Origin: Burkholderiales bacterium
GTDB lineage: Bacteria; Pseudomonadota; Gammaproteobacteria; Burkholderiales; SG8-39
Direction of reading: 5' to 3'
DNA: 64,000 bases
Assembly (NCBI GenBank): GCA_050248795.1
Contig: JBFWRS010000003.1
Location: forward strand, 6,500 to 70,499
Position numbers and translations under genes: made by a program. Position 1 is the first letter of the stretch, and each line of letters opens with the position of its first letter. A model generated the notes under the pieces. It saw only the letters and a list, made by a program, of their open reading frames with translations. It was not told the origin of the DNA and made no database searches. Shown one piece after another: positions 62,108 through 64,000 of the stretch.

Positions 62108-63031
62108 CTAGCTGGCCTCGTTGCCTTCTTCGGTGGCTTGCAGTGCCCAGCCTGTCCGAACGATGGCAAATCTCCCTTCCTCATTCTTGACTACCTCAGT
62201 GGTCGTTTCTCTAGTAACGAAGCGGAAGCTAAGGTGCTGCGGCGTGTCATAAATATCCTCGTATTCGATACGGCCCCACACGAAAATATCTCCGGTTGGT
62301 GGGGTATTTCCCGCCATGTCCGCTTGCGCTTCCGTGAAGTTGCGCATAACACGTCGCAACGGACGCTCCATTCCTGGCCCGAGGGGGTAGCTTCCGTGGA
62401 GTGCGGGAGCGGGGAATCCCTCGGGCGGGCCATCGCTGCCGCCGATGCTCCAATCGAAACCCGCTCTAACCTTTCGCGCTGGGGTGTGCCCTGTATTTCT
62501 CAGGTGAAGTTGGATCTGGTAGCTGTTGGTGTTCAGTTTTTGAATCACATGCTCCCGAAGACCCAAGTAAGCGCGCAGTTCCAAAGCGGAAGTACCCTCA
62601 ATGGCCCGAACGCTAGACATGGTGCCTTCCGCGCTTTCTTTGGCGGCATCGGCACTTCTAGAGGCAGCCCTAGCGGCCCAACCCGTAAAGAGAACCGCAA
62701 TGGCGCTAGCCAATGCGGCGATCCAAGTAGCCCAGAGTTGATAGTCGGCAAGCGCGACTTGTTCTCTCGCGGCTGCGGCTTGTTCCTCGAACGCTTTGAG
62801 CGCCCTTCTGTCATGGTCCGCCTTCTGATTTGCCTCGGACTGTTCGTGGGCGGCCTCGTCTCTGCTTTTTACGGTGGGGTTTATTGTGACGAAAAGCGGT
62901 TCGGACTTGCTGCCGCGCTCCTTTTGATGGGGCTTTGCTTGGTCTCCCTCTCGCTGATGCTGAACCTTCTCCCCTTGTGCCGAAGCCATTGACGCATTGC
63001 ACAATAACAACACAACTATGAGCAGTCGCAT
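62108..63031 (-). CDS. hypothetical secreted/membrane protein in low-GC segment
   Basis: GGAGGAGG RBS before the ATG at 63031. Signal peptide MRLLIVVLLLCNASMASA, charged Gln/Glu/Lys-rich region, one TM (LWATWIAALASAIAVLFTGWAA) and a C-terminal domain of about 170 aa. No family recognised. Confidence 0.55.
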   Translation of the reverse strand: MRLLIVVLLLCNASMASAQGEKVQHQREGDQAKPHQKERGSKSEPLFVTINPTVKSRDEAAHEQSEANQKADHDRRALKAFEEQAAAAREQVALADYQLWATWIAALASAIAVLFTGWAARAASRSADAAKESAEGTMSSVRAIEGTSALELRAYLGLREHVIQKLNTNSYQIQLHLRNTGHTPARKVRAGFDWSIGGSDGPPEGFPAPALHGSYPLGPGMERPLRRVMRNFTEAQADMAGNTPPTGDIFVWGRIEYEDIYDTPQHLSFRFVTRETTTEVVKNEEGRFAIVRTGWALQATEEGNEAS

Positions 63032-63066
63032 GGCCTCCTCCTTTAGCAGGAAGCTTAACATTTTCC

Positions 63067-63094
63067 TTGACGAAAGCATTTACTCAAGTAAAAT
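63067..63094 (+). promoter_or_regulatory. sigma70-like promoter for the transposase
   Basis: TTGACG (63067-63072), 16-bp spacer, TAAAAT (63089-63094), 8 bp before the transposase ATG. Confidence 0.35.
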
Positions 63095-63102
63095 ATTGCC
63101 CC

Positions 63103-64000
63103 ATGAACACGGCCAAACGCAAAGTGCAGAACGAGTCCACCAAGGGCGATCCGGTCATTACCGAATTGCCAGCCGCCTGCGCGAACGAGCGGCTTGCGGT
63201 GGAGTTCATGGAAAAGCAGCGTTGGGGCGACAAGCCCTACTGCCCACGCTGCGGGGATCACGCTGTCTATCAGATGAAGGACAGCAAGACTGGCGAGCGT
63301 CAGGCCAATTTCCGCTGGCGCTGCCAAGGCTGCAAAGAGCAGTTCACCGTCAGGATCGGCACGGTGTTCGAGGACAGCCGCGCACCGCTGCGTCACTGGT
63401 GCTTCGTGTTCTGGCGTGCAGCTACGTCAAAGAAAGGGGTCAGCGCCTTGGAAATCCATAGGCAAACCGGCCTCTCCTACAAGACTTGTCTTTTCATGCT
63501 TCACCGCGTTCGCCATGCGATGGATGAAACGGACATTGAACCACTTAACGGAATCGTGGAAGTGGACGAGGCTTTCATCGGCGGCAAGCCGCGCCGGTTT
63601 CACGGCAGCCGCCTCACCAACAAGGCAACCAAACAGCCCAAGACCCCGATTGTCGGAATGCTTGAGCGTGGCGGCAGGATTCGCCCAAAGGTGATTACGG
63701 ACGTAACCGGCAACACTCTTAAGTCAGTGATAGCCGAAAACGTGGACAAGTCAGCCAGGATCATGACCGACGAGTGGGCCGGGTATCGCGGGCTTCGCAA
63801 TGCGGGCTGGAAGCACGAGACGGTTAACCACGGCCTCTATGAGTACGTTCGCGGGGATGTGACCACAAACGGCATTGAAGGCTTCTTTGGGATCCTCAAG
63901 CGCGGCCTCAACGGGATTTACCACTCCGTCAGCCGCAAGCATCTTCACCGCTACCTTTCGGAGTTCCAGTACCGCTACAACAACAAGGAACTTACGGACG
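63103..64000 (+). CDS. IS1595-family transposase (3' end beyond window)
   Basis: Own translation of an uninterrupted frame from the ATG at 63103 to the window end; it is absent from the ORF track. N-terminal zinc ribbon CPRCG...CQGC, then VDEAFIGG, TDEWAGY, HETVNH, TNGIEGFFGILKRG..G.YH.VS.KHL.RYL.EF.YRYN. Confidence 0.85.
   Translation, partial: MNTAKRKVQNESTKGDPVITELPAACANERLAVEFMEKQRWGDKPYCPRCGDHAVYQMKDSKTGERQANFRWRCQGCKEQFTVRIGTVFEDSRAPLRHWCFVFWRAATSKKGVSALEIHRQTGLSYKTCLFMLHRVRHAMDETDIEPLNGIVEVDEAFIGGKPRRFHGSRLTNKATKQPKTPIVGMLERGGRIRPKVITDVTGNTLKSVIAENVDKSARIMTDEWAGYRGLRNAGWKHETVNHGLYEYVRGDVTTNGIEGFFGILKRGLNGIYHSVSRKHLHRYLSEFQYRYNNKELTD

Larger units (their letters stand above)
63067..64000 (+). 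mobile_element. IS1595-family insertion sequence (partial; ends not mapped)
   Basis: Transposase gene plus a GC drop. The left inverted repeat should lie between 63032 and 63102 but cannot be identified without the right end. Confidence 0.55.

Noticed and set aside
62072-62992. 306-aa plus-strand ORF (GTG start) opposite the hypothetical membrane protein
   Set aside because: It has no RBS, its composition is Ser/Gly/Arg/Leu-rich, and it uses a GTG start. The minus-strand ORF has GGAGGAGG plus an ATG and a signal peptide. It is kept as a note in the findings because both strands being open is unusual here.

Overview
High-GC chromosomal window with betaproteobacterium-like synteny.

(1) 1-19.9 kb is a housekeeping core: hflX(partial)-hflK-hflC-yjeT-like-hisZ-purA, tRNA-Leu(CAG), rnr-rlmB, rpsF-priB-rpsR-rplI-dnaB, a PIN-PhoH ATPase, bcp and alaC-hom-thrC.

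(2) 19.9-27.6 kb is a minus-strand gene string: a Cache/PAS/GGDEF sensor, a metallophosphoesterase lipoprotein, a SpeE-like methyltransferase, an Fe-S/CCG oxidoreductase and a Pat-type protein acetyltransferase.

(3) 27.7-62.0 kb is the most interesting part, a low-oxygen island. It holds eight near-consensus FNR boxes (TTGAY-N4-RTCAA) in intergenic regions and its own fnr gene, cotranscribed with a receiver-only response regulator. The genes behind the boxes are:
- ccoIS, ccoNOQP, ccoGH and a His/Met-rich secreted protein
- cfa plus an FAD reductase
- cytochrome c / beta-CASP nuclease / formate-nitrite transporter / DHH phosphoesterase
- an AMP-ligase / E1 alpha / E1 beta / E2 / ACP operon, convergent with a stand-alone Pat-type GNAT
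- a small protein / LonC-like protease / unknown protein operon, convergent with an orphan GroEL
- an Rv2004c-like kinase/P-loop protein
- gpsA divergent from an FGGY kinase
- hsp20 and three USP domains
- an MgtC/DUF4010 protein

The FNR promoters share a rigid architecture: box, 21 bp, an nAnnAT hexamer, then 6 bp. This places the predicted transcription start on the first base of five start codons, which implies leaderless mRNAs. Two single boxes sit between divergent start codons.

(4) 62.0-64.0 kb has visibly lower GC. It carries an orphan membrane protein and a 5'-partial IS1595-family transposase. That transposase is absent from the supplied ORF track because its frame runs off the window end.

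No CRISPR array, rRNA or prophage was seen. All homology calls rest on motif and family recognition by eye; no database search was possible.
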